64,000 nucleotides of DNA from Octopus vulgaris (GCA_951406725.2 OX597838.1:8122001-8186000); one strand, 5' to 3'. Positions 1-11,845 are shown, counted from the first letter of the stretch. Made by a program: numbers and translations. The notes: generated by a model not told the origin, from the letters alone.

Positions 1-408
1 TACTATATCGATCCTTATAGTTGTTTCGGTCTCGTTACTTTCAGATACCAAAATACTGTCCTGTGTATGTAAGAAGTAAGAAATTTACGCTGATGACGTC
101 ACCAGACGAGTCAGTTAACCGCTGTCTTTTGGGGTTTTTTTTTGGGGGGGGGGGGCGCGCAGGAAACACAGTCTGTGTCCGGAGAACGTACTTAACATTA
201 CAAACCAAATCACTCGCAAAACACACACGCTCATATATTTACATATATGGTCACACATTTAGGTCTATATATGTTTACGTAGATAGATAAACAGGAAGAT
301 AGAGGTATAAATACCTACGTTTACAGAGAGAAAGAGAGAGAGAGAGAGAGAGCGATTTTTCAGTACACATTCGTCTTAAACCGTATTTCATCATATTATG
401 ATCATAAA

Positions 409-461
<53 letters not shown>

Positions 462-642
462 CACATTTTTTTTTTACTTCAGTTTATACATATACATACA
501 AACATATATATATGCACTCACTTATAAGTGCATAATTTGTATATATACATACATATCTATATATATATACACATACATGTACATACATATATATACTTAT
601 ACCTAAATATACATATACATATACATATATGTGTGTGTGTGT

Positions 643-679
<37 letters not shown>

Positions 680-1327
680 CAGACATATACATATATATAC
701 ATATATATATATGCATATATATATACACACACACATATATATATGTATATATGTATATATATGTGTATATATATGAATATATATGTATATGTCTGTATAT
801 GTATATGCATGTATATGTATATATATACATATTGGGTGAGAAATATAGTGTTTGTATGCGTGTATGCGTGTGTATATATAAATATCCGTATGTATGTATG
901 CATATGTGTATGCATATACATATATAGATAGCTCTGAACTTGCTTACTATTATGATACATTTTGCGTAGCCTCGTGTTCTTAAATGAAATCACTGTTTAC
1001 TTCCAAACAGTAGAATTTACCTTTCATAAAAGACAAAATATAATATAATAAACAGAACAACCACGTATAAAGGAAAGGATTTTGATATTTGACTGAAATG
1101 CAGCTTCGTTGGAATGCTCTTCATGTTTGTAATTCTTATAAACCATTATTCTGTCCAATTCTGGTCAGAACCGATGAAGGAAGACAATGTGTGACTCCAT
1201 CTTGAAGTTACGAGTTTTACTGTTTCGTTTGGTTTTTATTATTATGCACGAAATGAATAATGAAAATATAACAGTACCGCTGTTATGTATATATGGATAC
1301 TTGCATATATGTATGTATATAAATACA

Positions 1328-1361
<34 letters not shown>

Positions 1362-1445
1362 ATATTCCTATGAGGATACATATGTGCATATATGTATATA
1401 AACGTATATATAATATATATTTTTTGTATAAACATATTCATATAA

Positions 1446-1480
<35 letters not shown>

Positions 1481-1726
1481 TATGTTGATAAACATACATA
1501 CTTATGCGTGTATAGATATATGTATATCTCTCTGTGTGTATGTATTTGTGTTTATGTATTGTTTGAAGAAGTCATATTGAGCGAAACGTATGGCCATTTG
1601 TAAAGAATCGCTTTAATTTAATTTTATATATGTATGTGTGTTTAAATACACCAGTCACTATATATGTATACCACTCAAGTATGCATGTGATGTGCATACT
1701 AGAAGAATGTGTGTAAGTTACTTGTG

Positions 1727-1911
1727 TTACAAAGTAACTTGTGAACTTAATGTACCCCTATCAGGAAGGGCACTGGCAGCAAGTGCTTCCGAATGTTCTC
1801 TAGCACGCCGACGAAGCTCGGCTACACTCGTAGTTCTCTGTTCATGCGCAGCAAACACACTAGGGCCGGCTGAGTTCCTCGGTGTACAGCAAGCACACAG
1901 CGGTAGACAAC
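1727..1911 (-). CDS. Drgx: Drgx-like last coding exon with OAR/aristaless motif
   Basis: Acceptor ttttccttgcAG. Encodes (G)CLPLCACCTP...RTTSVAELRRRAREHSEALAAS...VTL*, matching the recalled DRGX motifs LKGGPLCSCC and RTASVATLRMKAREHSEA. TAA at 1727-1729. Confidence 0.92.
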
Positions 1912-2417
1912 CTGCAAGGAAAAATATAACAAAATTAAACGAAAACATAGAAATGTCTTACGTAAAGTATACTAGCCATCTCAATATGGCTAACCACTGT
2001 AACTTTTAGCCCCAGGAGATCATCGTCTCCAGCTGGCTTTAGACACACTTTCTGTGCACTTATGGTATTTGCAAAGGGAGGTCATCCCTCTCTCGTAAAC
2101 CTAAGTGACATGCACGGACTGCGGTTTCTAAGTATTTGCCTGTCTTCGGCGTACGGCAGTCACCGGTTTTCGATCTCATTCACCGGTTTTACATCTCATT
2201 CAGAGATTTATTATAGAAATGTCTATGTGCGGTGTATTGTTTTATGCTTGCTTGAAACGTTTGTAAAAGAAAAAGAAAGGGTGATTGTTAATGAAGCCTG
2301 AAAATCAAGTATCTCTGTGATCATTTGATTGTCTACAAACCTCTGCAAAACAATAGGTAGCTATCTTTAAAAGGGAAGGACAATTTTGGTAGTATTAGAT
2401 AAGCCTAAACAGAATTA

Positions 2418-2632
2418 GCAAGTGATTTAATCTGAGATCGTGTGCTGAAACGAAAACAATTGCAGCGTGGAAGGTGTTTGTAAGCCATTTAAGAAACACA
2501 CAAAAGCCGTTCGATTCACTTCAACATTTAAATTTAATTTGTCAAAATATTTTCGTCGCTTTAAGACCGCGACCTGTTCACTGACAAAAATGCGTGCTGC
2601 ACGGCTTACAAACACCTTCCACGCTGCAATTG
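2418..2632 (-). mobile_element. 215-bp non-autonomous insertion with internal 30-bp inverted repeat and hammerhead-like fold (Penelope/retrozyme-like)
   Basis: 13-bp direct repeat ctaaacagaatta at 2405-2417 and 2633-2645. caattgcagcgtggaaggtgtttgtaagcc (about 2457-2486) recurs inverted at 2603-2632. Confidence 0.7.
2538..2588 (-). ncRNA. Minimal type I hammerhead ribozyme candidate, G3:C8 core variant
   Basis: Minus strand: UUUGUCA (stem I), GUGAACA, G, GUCGC-loop-GCGAC (stem II), GAA, AAUAUU (palindromic stem III), U17, UGACAAA (stem I'). Confidence 0.6.
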
Positions 2633-2950
2633 CTAAACAGAATTAACGGGATCTTATAGCTTAAAATCTTTGGTAATATCTCAACTGGATGAATGCTATC
2701 GTGGAGTTCTAGAACAACAGCCAAAATACGAGCACCATCCAACAAAAAATGCGAAATGACAACAAAAGAGTCAAGTGTAGAAGATGATGACCCAGGAGGG
2801 GGTTTCTAAACGTTGGCTTTCATTGTTGAAAATAGCAGCTAAATAGGTTTCAATATAAATTTAAATGGAAGACTCGTGAAGAAATCTATGTGGCGTGTAC
2901 TTGCAAAGAGACAGGATGGCCACTGAAGGAATTTTAATCATAGCCTAGTA

Positions 2951-3151
2951 CAGTGCTTTTCAAACTTTTTGCTGGAGCGGAACCCCAAGGAAACATTCCA
3001 CTGGCTCGAGGAACCCCTGTGCAATAATTTAATAGTCTTATGCACACATATCTGCACAGGAGAATTAAAAATTACTGCCGATTTTAGCAGCTTTGTAACT
3101 TCTTGCGGAACCCCAGGACTGTACTGGCGGAACCCTGGTTGAAAACCACTG
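2951..3151. mobile_element. hAT-type MITE
   Basis: Termini cagtgcttttcaa / ttgaaaaccactg; 8-bp TSD gcctagta (2943-2950, 3152-3159). Confidence 0.85.
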
Positions 3152-3301
3152 GCCTAGTACAATCGCAACAGACTTGCAATTAAAGAAGCGATAATAGAGA
3201 AACATTACCAACAAAAGATGTAAAGCATACATAAAGACGGCCAACTAAAGGAGGTACGAATACGCCAGGAGTGTAACTGAGCAATATCGGAGACTACATA
3301 C

Positions 3302-3384
3302 CTTTGAGAGCAGGATGTGAGGGTAACTGATGGAAAAACTGTCGTGGAGCCATGAAGTTCTCGAAGCAGGATTTGTAGACATTC
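3302..3384 (-). CDS. Drgx: Drgx-like 83-nt penultimate exon
   Basis: Acceptor (ct)n-tccttaaacAG, donor aaag|GTATGT. Phase 2 in and phase 1 out exactly bridges the flanking exons. Encodes (G)[27 protein letters not shown](G). Confidence 0.85.
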
Positions 3385-3629
3385 CTGTTTAAGGAAGAGA
3401 GAGAGAGAGAGAAATAAAGAATTACAAATATGAGAAAGCGTGAGTTTGTGTACAAGAGACAGGGTGAGAGAGATTGGGTGAGAAATATAGTGTTCGTATG
3501 TGTGTATGCGTGTGTATATATAAATATCCGTATGTATGTACGTATATGTGTATGCATATACATATGTGAGTATTTATGTATATGTGTGTGTATATGAATG
3601 CATATATATATATATATGTATATGAATGC

Positions 3630-3663
<34 letters not shown>

Positions 3664-3725
3664 GTATGTATGTATGTATGTATATATATATATATATATG
3701 CATTCATATACATACATATATATAT

Positions 3726-3799
<74 letters not shown>

Positions 3800-3846
3800 A
3801 TATATATATATTCATATACATACATATATATATATACATACATATA

Positions 3847-3886
<40 letters not shown>

Positions 3887-3992
3887 TGTGTCCATTTCAA
3901 TGTACACAAATTTGACATTAAGTATGGCATCCTCTACTTTCAAATATAAAAAAAAAGAACATACGACGTTCTTTCAGCGCCATGCTGCTTAC

Positions 3993-5605
3993 CCATCTAA
4001 AAACGAGAAGAATGGTCTTGACGTCTGTCCCACGGCACCAAGATCTGTGAACATTGACTGTATCATGGGTGGAAAACCTGTGGAACCTGTTCCGGCTGTG
4101 GTAGCTAAAGATTTGTCTCCAAATAACTGTTGGTAAGTAGAAGCTTGAGTTGTGTTAGCACGTACGGTCATTTCCGCTGCAGGTCGTACACTCCCGACCA
4201 AAGTTCCGGCGGCACCAATTTTACCGACTGTGAGACGGCTGGCTTCTGTTTTCACCATTTCCGAATCGTGTGCCGGCGACTGGCTTGGGGACCGATCCGA
4301 ATCTAATGTGTTGGTGTTGGTGTTGGTGTTGGTGTTGGTATTGGGAACGGTCAGAGCAGCGGTGTTAGTTGTGTTGATGGATATTGCTGACGGGAGCCCA
4401 CTTTTCTCTGAAGATGTCAGAAGGTGTGAGGCTGCGGACGACGAAGAGGAAGAGGATGAAGAGGAAGTAGATGAGGAAGCAGATGATAGAGAAGAGGAAG
4501 AAGATGATGAAGACGAAGATGACAAATTAAAAGTGTTATAGTTGTTGCTATTACTTGTGTTATTATTATTAGTATTATTATTAGTATTAGTATTATTATT
4601 ATTGTTGTTATGAGTACTGTTGTTGCTGTTGTTGTTGTTGTTGTTACTGTTAGAGGTGTTATTGTTTATATTATTATTATTAGTATTATTAGTATTATTA
4701 CTATTACTATTGTTATTTTCAGTACTATTGTTGTTATTGTTGCTGTTGTTGACTCCGGTTGTAGAAAATTTCTTGCAATCGTGGTATTCCTGAATATATT
4801 TTTCGGCAATGGCACTGGCCGTTAGAGCGGCGCCGCTATAGCCAGACATGACATGCGCAGCTGTCACTTCCTCTATGACCGCATCAACATTCAAAGGCGA
4901 ATTTTGGCGCCGAATCGCAACGGAATTCTTTAGAGCCACACTCAGTTCTTTAGCGTTGCTACTGTTGTTGCTGGTGCTGTTGTTGTGGGTTTTGCTGTTG
5001 TTGCTGCTGCTGTTGTTGTTGTTGTTGTTGTGGGTTTTGCCGTTGCTGCTGGTGCTGCTAGTACTGCTGCTGCTGCTGCTGTTGCCCCCGTTGTTGTTGT
5101 GTTGAAGAATGAGAGCCTCGCTTTCGTAGGAAGAATCATCGTCGTCGTCGTCGCCATCGTGCACCATAACCGACGAAAACGAGGCTGCCGACACTTTTTC
5201 CGAATCGTTCATACTAAGAGGGTGAGCAGCAACGCCATCTATATCTACTGTCAACAGGGAATCGGTCATTTCCTCTTTCAGCGTAATGCAATCTGATTGG
5301 TGAGGTTGATGTTGGTTGCTAGGAGACAGATGGCGCTGACGCTCCAGTTGTCGTGTTTCCGTTTCGTCATCACTGTGTAAGTCTGCCATGGCAACATCGA
5401 CCAGGGAATCCTTGTCCTTGGCGATCAAAACTTGACCATCCGGACTAAGATGGTCAACATTCCTCAGTGATTTTTGGTCGTCTTGTTGCTGCTGCTGTTG
5501 TTGTTGTTGCTGCAAATGTGCTTGTGTTGTTTGGTTAGGGTGCTGTTGTTGTTGAGCAAACCGTTCACTTTTACGCCATTTTGCTCGACGGTTCTGAAAC
5601 CATAC
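3993..5605 (-). CDS. Drgx: Drgx-like large exon: helix 3 ([16 protein letters not shown]50) plus poly-Q/N/S/D linker
   Basis: Polypyrimidine acceptor (tttcttttccAG) at 5606-5607, then an open frame [21 protein letters not shown] that runs into ORF 3989..5515. Donor GG|GTAAGC, phase 2; 1613 nt. Confidence 0.93.
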
Positions 5606-5955
5606 CTGGAAAAGAAAAAAAAAGAAAGAGAACTAATAAACACAGCGAAAAAGAGAACCACGCGGAAATAAACTAAAACAAATTTACTCAGGGACATCAT
5701 CTGGAGGAAAACTAGATAGCTAGGTAGATTAGTAATATATTAAATACAACAAACATTGATTACAAACTTTGGTAAAAAGGCCAACAAGTGGGGGTTAGTG
5801 GATTACATCGACCGCAGGGTCCATCCGATACCTGCTTTATCGGCCTTGAAAGGATTAAAGGTGAAGTCAACCTTGCCGTGATTTGAACTCAGAATGTATA
5901 GATAGACGAAATGCCGTTAAGCATTTTCTCTGACATTATAGACAAATACTTATAT

Positions 5956-6340
5956 ACTCTTTACTCTCTTTTACTTGTTTCAGTCATTTGACTGCTGCCA
6001 TGCTGGAGCACCACCTTTAGTCGAGCAAATCGACCCCGAGACTTATTCTTTGTAAGCCCAGTACTTATTCTATCGGTCTCTTTTGCCGAACCGCTAAGTG
6101 ACGGGGACGTAAACACACCAGCATCGGTTGCCAAGCAATGCTAGGGGGACAAACACAGACACACAAACACACTCACATACATATATATATACGACAGGCT
6201 TCTTTCAGTTTCCGTCTACCGAATCCACTCACAAGGCATTGGTCGGCCCGGGGCTATAGCAGAAGACACTTGCCCAAGATGCCACGCAGTAGGACTGAAC
6301 CCGGAACCATGTGGTTGGTTAGCAAGCTACTTACCACACG
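5956..6340 (-). mobile_element. tRNA-derived SINE family B (internal TA/TG microsatellite, gtaaaagag tail)
   Basis: Near-identical to copies at 34947-35410, 47372-47777 and 55278-55686. B-box-like ggttcagtcc followed by a CORE-like ttgggcaagtgtcttct. Confidence 0.85.
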
Positions 6341-6384
6341 CAGAGAAATTACTTGTAGTTTAATTATGGTTAAGATTATGGTAA

Positions 6385-6588
6385 AAACTAAGAAGTTTCT
6401 GGCTTCGGGTAAAAGAAAATGGAGGAACAAGTAATTATGATTTTATTCGAAATATTCCCCTCTCAGATTCATACACTTATTGCAGCGGTCCTTTAGCTTT
6501 TCTGAGCCACAAGGCGGAGGGTTGGGCTCCCGGCCAGGCGTTTTACGACATCTTGAAAGACGGGAACTTTTCAGCATGCCTTCGTATA
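6385..6588. mobile_element. Tc1/mariner-type MITE, degraded copy
   Basis: Homologous to 21865-22078; right end gaacttttcagcatgccttcgta followed by ta. Confidence 0.6.
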
Positions 6589-6717
6589 ATTAGGTGGGAA
6601 CATAGCTATTATTAGAACAAGAGATGGAGAAAACCGGAAGTATATTACACACACACACAAGCGCACACGCACACATAAACATATATTATACATGTGCAGG
6701 CTTGAAAATATGTCTTC

Positions 6718-6783
<66 letters not shown>

Positions 6784-7001
6784 ATAACAATTTAACAATA
6801 AAACTGTAGGTATGTACATATATGTATGTATGTATGCATATGTTTTATTGTTAAATTGTTATTATATGACTGAACGCCTCGCGTTGCTTCTTATCCTCCA
6901 AGTAAGTTTTTATTATATATACATATATATATATATACACACACACATATTCATATGCAAGTCAGTATACGCATGTACACATACATGTGCATATGCATAT
7001 A

Positions 7002-7085
<84 letters not shown>

Positions 7086-7209
7086 CATATATATATACAC
7101 ACATATATATATATACACACATATATGTATGTAAGTATTATGTATGTATGTGTGTGTGTATGCATGTATGCTTGTACGTATTCCTGTATGTATGTATATG
7201 CATCCATAC

Positions 7210-7311
7210 CTGTACTCTAGCTTCTGTTAAGTTAATTCTCATGGCCAAGTCTTCTCGGGTGAAGACATCCGGATAATGTGTTTGTGCGAATGCTTTCTCT
7301 AATTCTTCCAG
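7210..7311 (-). CDS. Drgx: Drgx-like exon, homeodomain helices 1-2 and start of helix 3
   Basis: Acceptor tttccatttcgtttcAG, donor cag|GTATGG. The 102 nt encode [34 protein letters not shown] and end at the canonical PRD-class intron between homeodomain residues 46 and 47. Confidence 0.95.
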
Positions 7312-7429
7312 CTGAAACGAAATGGAAACAACAACAACAATAATAATAATAATAATAATAACAACAACAACAATAATAATAATTATAATAATGATAATTC
7401 TTTACACTAGAAGCACAAGGCCTCAAATT

Positions 7430-7866
7430 TGGGGGCAGGGATTAAGTCGATTACATCGATCCCATTGCGTAACTGGTACTTATTTTATTGACCCCGAAAG
7501 GATGAAAGCAAGTCGACCCCCGCGGCATTTGACCTCAGTACGTGAAGACAGACGAATGCCGCTAATCATTTCACCCGGTGTGCTAACGATTCCTATTTCT
7601 TTACTAACCACAAGGGACTAAACACAGAGAGGACAAACAAGGACAGACAAACGGATTAAGTGGATTATATCGACCACAGTGCGTAACTGGTACTTATTTA
7701 ATCGTTCTGAGTTGAAATTCCGCCGAGGTCGACTTTGCCTTTCATCCTTTCGGGGTCGATTAAATAAGTACCAGTTACGCACAGGAATCGATGTAATTGA
7801 CTTAATCCGTTTGTCTGTCCTTGTTTGTTCCCTCTATGTTTAGCCCCTTGTGGGTAGTAAAGAAAT
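7430..7866. mobile_element. Cluster of SINE family A fragments including an inverted pair
   Basis: Minus-strand tail at about 7594-7700 and plus-strand copy at about 7704-7866. They share the gtaccagttacgcac...tttagccc...gtaaagaaa 3' region. Confidence 0.8.
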
Positions 7867-7882
7867 AGGTATATAAAACTGC

Positions 7883-8349
7883 AGCGGAATCCTGGTTTAA
7901 ACATCCCCACCTAACTCCTCATTCCTCGGAATTTTCAGAAAAGTTTTGAGAACTTGTATTCTACGCACGGAAATTGATACGATTATGAAAAGCAAATTTT
8001 TTTTTTAATTTTCAAAAACCCTTCTCAATAAATCCTAAAATTTTTACTCTATTTCGAATTTCTTCATTTTATTACATGTGTTCATAGGGAGAAGAAAAAT
8101 ATTAAAAAACATCAACACGTGCCATAATGACAGAGAAACGAGGTTACGGTATCAGGTGGTCGTGGGATGCGTTAAAAACAACAACTAAATCGTCCTTAAA
8201 TCACACGCACACGTACATTTTTATTTTTTTGCTTTTCTCATAATAGTATGAATTCCCGTGTGTAGAACATAAATTCGCAAAAATTTTTTGAAAATTCCAA
8301 AAAATAAGTTATGAGAAGTTATACGGGATGCTTAAACCGGAATTCCGCC
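7883..8349. mobile_element. Non-autonomous DNA transposon with about 115-bp imperfect TIRs and 8-bp TSD
   Basis: Left end agcggaatcctggtttaaacatccc..., right end ...gggatgcttaaaccggaattccgcc. TSD aaaactgc at 7875-7882 and 8350-8357. Superfamily uncertain; the termini look more Merlin/MULE-like than hAT-like. Confidence 0.75.
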
Positions 8350-8743
8350 AAAACTGCTTTCTGCAGTTAAGAGTAATTAAATTGTTAATGGATATATCTG
8401 ATTTCCTCAGCAGAATAATTAACCAATGATAGCAACAATGACGAGGATGATTAGACAAATGAAGTTGATTACGGCGTTGATGACATTCCTTATTAATTTT
8501 ATATTGTAATTAACTAATTTTAATCCTTTAAATGTGAAATTAATTTCATGGTTATTCTAGAATTAATATCAAACATCTACCATCAAAAAAGAATTGGTAT
8601 TTTCTGCAAGCCACGTTGCCTCAATAAGCTTGACATATCTCTACAGAAAATAGTTCCAAACATGACCTTCCCCAACCAATATAGATTGGTATATAAAACT
8701 GCTTTCTGCAGTTTGTTAAGTAGATGAAATTTTGAATGAATAC

Positions 8744-10596
8744 GTTAGTTAGTTAGTTAGTTAATTTGGCTCAAAAGCAAATAGCAAGGCCATGTAGGGG
8801 GACATGGAGTTAGGTACAGGGTGGTGTTCATGTAAAGAGTTCAGGCCACTTGAGGTCAAGGGAGGCTTTGAACAAAGCGGTCGTCGGCATCTTCACCATC
8901 TCGTCTGGCAGCTTGTTCCACGGATCCGCAACCTGGACGGAGAAAGCTCCTCTCCTTCGATTGAGATGAAATCGTCACAGGTAGAGCTTTTCGGAATGAC
9001 CCCGCTCTGGAGCAGGAGTGAAGAACAGCTCTTTCGAGAGGTTACACTTTCCGCTTATGATGTTGTGGGCGATAATGAGATCACCACGGCGGCGGCGTTT
9101 TTCAAGAGAATAAAGGTCGAGCGTCCTCAGCCTTTCTTCGTAGGACAAATTTTTGAGACCATGAACCATGCGGGTAGCCAGCTTCTGGACTCTTTCGAGA
9201 TGCTGTATGTCTTTGAGGAGATAAGGAGAAGAGGCTTGAATCCCATACTCCAATATGGGTCTCACCAGCGTGACATAGAGTGGTAGGAATATGGCTGCTG
9301 TGAGCATTCCGAATGACCGTCGAATCAAGAACAGAATTCCGCGTGCTTTGTTGGCAGCATGGACGCACTGGGCCGAAGGCGAAAAGGAGGAATCCACCAA
9401 GATACCTAGGTCCTTTACCTGATCGGTCCTCTCCAGCAGCAGACGAACCGGCTCGAAATCAAGTTGAGTTGCAGGAGTAGAGCCGACAGGCAGATGACAG
9501 CACTTTGACACGTTCAGACACAGGTCCCAATTGTTAGACCACTTCCAAATTTGGTGGAGGCATCGACGAAGATCCTCTATATTACCGCGAGGAGCGACCA
9601 GTTTGATATCGTCGGCAAATAGAAGGGTGTGTTGCGTGAGGTCGTCGGGCAAGTCATTTATGAAGACTAAGAACAACAAGGGCCCAAGCACTGAACCTTG
9701 AGGCACGCCACTGCTCGCACTGGAGACGTCGGACCGCGAACCCTTAACTTGGACTTGGAAGGAGCGATCTGAGAGGAAGGCACCAACCCATCGTACAATA
9801 TCCGGATGGAAACTATATGCTTGAAGCTTGACAAGCAATAGGCGGTAGTTTACCGAGTCAAAAGCTTTGGCAAAGTCCAGTAAAACGATGTCAACAGCAT
9901 CACTATCATCGAGGATGCGCGTCACCAATTCTTCCATTACTAGTAGGTTGGTCAAGCATGATCTCTTCGGCACGAAGCCGTGTTGGGAATCAGAGATAGA
10001 GGCTGTGTTTAGGAGGTGGAGCATCATACTTTTCTTAAGGATGGTTTCGAACATCTTGCTGATAATTGATGTAAGGGAAACCGGTCGGTAGTTAAGCGGG
10101 TCTTCGCGGCTCCCTTTCTTGAAAATTGGGCAGATTATCGCTGTTCTCCAGTCTGCAGGTATAACACCCGTCGCCAATGACATATTGAATAGTCGTGTTA
10201 AGGGCTCGCAGATGACCGGAGCCAACGCTTTGATAACCCGTGGGTGTATGCCGTCAGGGCCGTGACCTTTGTTGACATCGAGGTCTTGAATAACACGTTT
10301 GACTTCGTCCCGCGTGATGACCAATCGAAGCATTGGAGGTACCGATCTATCAAATGGAGGGGGTTCACGACCATCATCTTGTTTGAAAATAGTTGAAAAA
10401 GCCTCGGCAAATAATTGACTCTGTTGATAAGGGTTCTCAATCGATACGCCTGTTGAGTCTACCAACGTTGCAATCTGGTTGTTCAAGCGGGAATTCCGCT
10501 GGACATGGGCAAAGAAGGTTTTTGGATTGCTACTGGCGTTTGCCGCGATTTTGTATTTTCTGAAGCGTTCTTTCTTTTCAATTTTCACGGCTCTGA
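8744..10596 (-). mobile_element. 5'-truncated CR1-type LINE (RT domain) with (TAAC)n tail
   Basis: ORF 8975..10588 has GPDGIHP, NYRPVSLTS, QHGF, LDFAKAFDSV, GVPQGSVLGP and FADD. The frame continues past a TGA at 8975-8977 to WNKLP...FKASLD and a stop at 8828-8830. gttagttagttagttag tail at 8744-8763; no endonuclease domain. Confidence 0.9.
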
Positions 10597-10699
10597 TCTC
10601 TACAGTAAAAGGACTAAATACTTATTTTTTTCAAACGTATCCAGCGAGAGACCTCTACTGTGATGGTAGGTTTTCAAAACAGCTAGCAGGCCATGCTAC

Positions 10700-10741
10700 T
10701 CCAGACTGATGACGAGCAAGAATCAGAAACATGTCTTTGGA
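10700..10741 (+). ncRNA. Minimal type I hammerhead-like motif (weak stem II)
   Basis: UCCAGA, CUGAUGA, cgagcaagaauca, GAA, ACAUGU (palindromic stem III), C17, UUUGGA. Confidence 0.5.
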
Positions 10742-10749
10742 TGCTAAAA

Positions 10750-10970
10750 GGTGGTGAGCTGGCAGAAACGTTAGCACACCGGGCGAAATGCTTAGCGGTA
10801 TTTCGTCTGCCGCTACGTTCTGAGTTCAAATTCCTCCGAGGTCGACTTTGCCTTTCATCCTTTCGGGGTCGATTAAAAAAGTACCAGGGGTCGATATAAT
10901 CGACTTAATCCATTTCTCTGTCTTTGTTTGTCCTCTCTGTGTTTAGCCCCTTGTGGGTAGTAAAGAAAGA
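10750..10970 (+). mobile_element. Full-length tRNA-derived SINE family A
   Basis: Head ggtgagctggcagaaacgttagc, B-box gagttcaaatt, central gtcgactttgcctttcatcctttcggggtcgat (resembles a MetaSINE-type central domain from memory, unverified), tail tttagccccttgtgggtagtaaagaaa. 17-bp direct repeat at 10665-10681 and 10971-10987. Confidence 0.85.
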
Positions 10971-11044
10971 GGTAGGTTTTCAAAACACGATCTATGTTAT
11001 TAAATAAGTTGACCGAAGAACTGGTCAACACTGAATAAAGAAAA

Positions 11045-11520
11045 GCGTGGCTGTGTGGTCAGAAGGTCGTTTCACAATCATGTGGCCAACGGTTCAATTC
11101 CACTGCGGTTCAGTTCCATAAAAACGGTTCGATTCCATAAAAACCGGACTTACAAAAGCCTTATGAGTAGAGTTAACAGAGGGAAACTGAAAGAAGCCCG
11201 TTGTATATTATATATGTGTATGTGTGTGTGAATGTGTGTGAATGTGTGGGGGGTAAGGTGCGTGGCTTAGCGGCAAGGGTATTCGGCTCACAATCGTAAG
11301 GCCGTGAGTTCAATTCCCGGCGTCGCGTCGTGTCCTTGAGCAAGACACTTTACTTCTCTTTGCACCTCTAGCTGAAAGGGTCAGCCTAGTCGCTCTCTGT
11401 GATGCGTTGAATCTCTTAGAGAAGTAATTTAAGGGTACGCGTGTCTGCGGAGCACTCAGCCACTTGTATGTTAATTTCACAAGCGGACTCTTCCGTTGAT
11501 CTGATCAACAAGAACACTCC
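11045..11520 (+). mobile_element. Degraded SINE B head followed by a third tRNA-derived SINE family (C)
   Basis: 11257 onward: tggcttagcgg (A-box), gagttcaattcc (B-box), gtgtccttgagcaagacacttta. Related minus-strand fragments at about 38680-38830 and about 63440-63510. Confidence 0.65.
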
Positions 11521-11777
11521 TACGGAGAGTCAAACCGTAAGTATATGCGAGTCAGTGTGTGTGTGTGTGTGTGTGTGTGTAAACGTACAGAATCACACGC
11601 ATACATACATACATGTATACATGTTTATGTGTGCGTGTCTATGACTGTGTATACGTTTGTGTAAAAATGTGTGTGTGTGTGTGTGTTTGCATTTCTTCAA
11701 TTCTTGTCCTGTCTTTCCGATTCTGTATCTCTCCTCTCCCTTTCCCTCTCTCTCTCTCCTCTCTCTATTTCACTTCC

Positions 11778-11845
<68 letters not shown>

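Noticed and set aside
90-115. ctgatgacgtcaccagacgag hammerhead-like start
   Set aside because: No GAAA after stem II and no stems I or III.
5464-5700. ORF reading [10 protein letters not shown]...
   Set aside because: Wrong frame of the Drgx helix-3 exon; the correct frame is [12 protein letters not shown].
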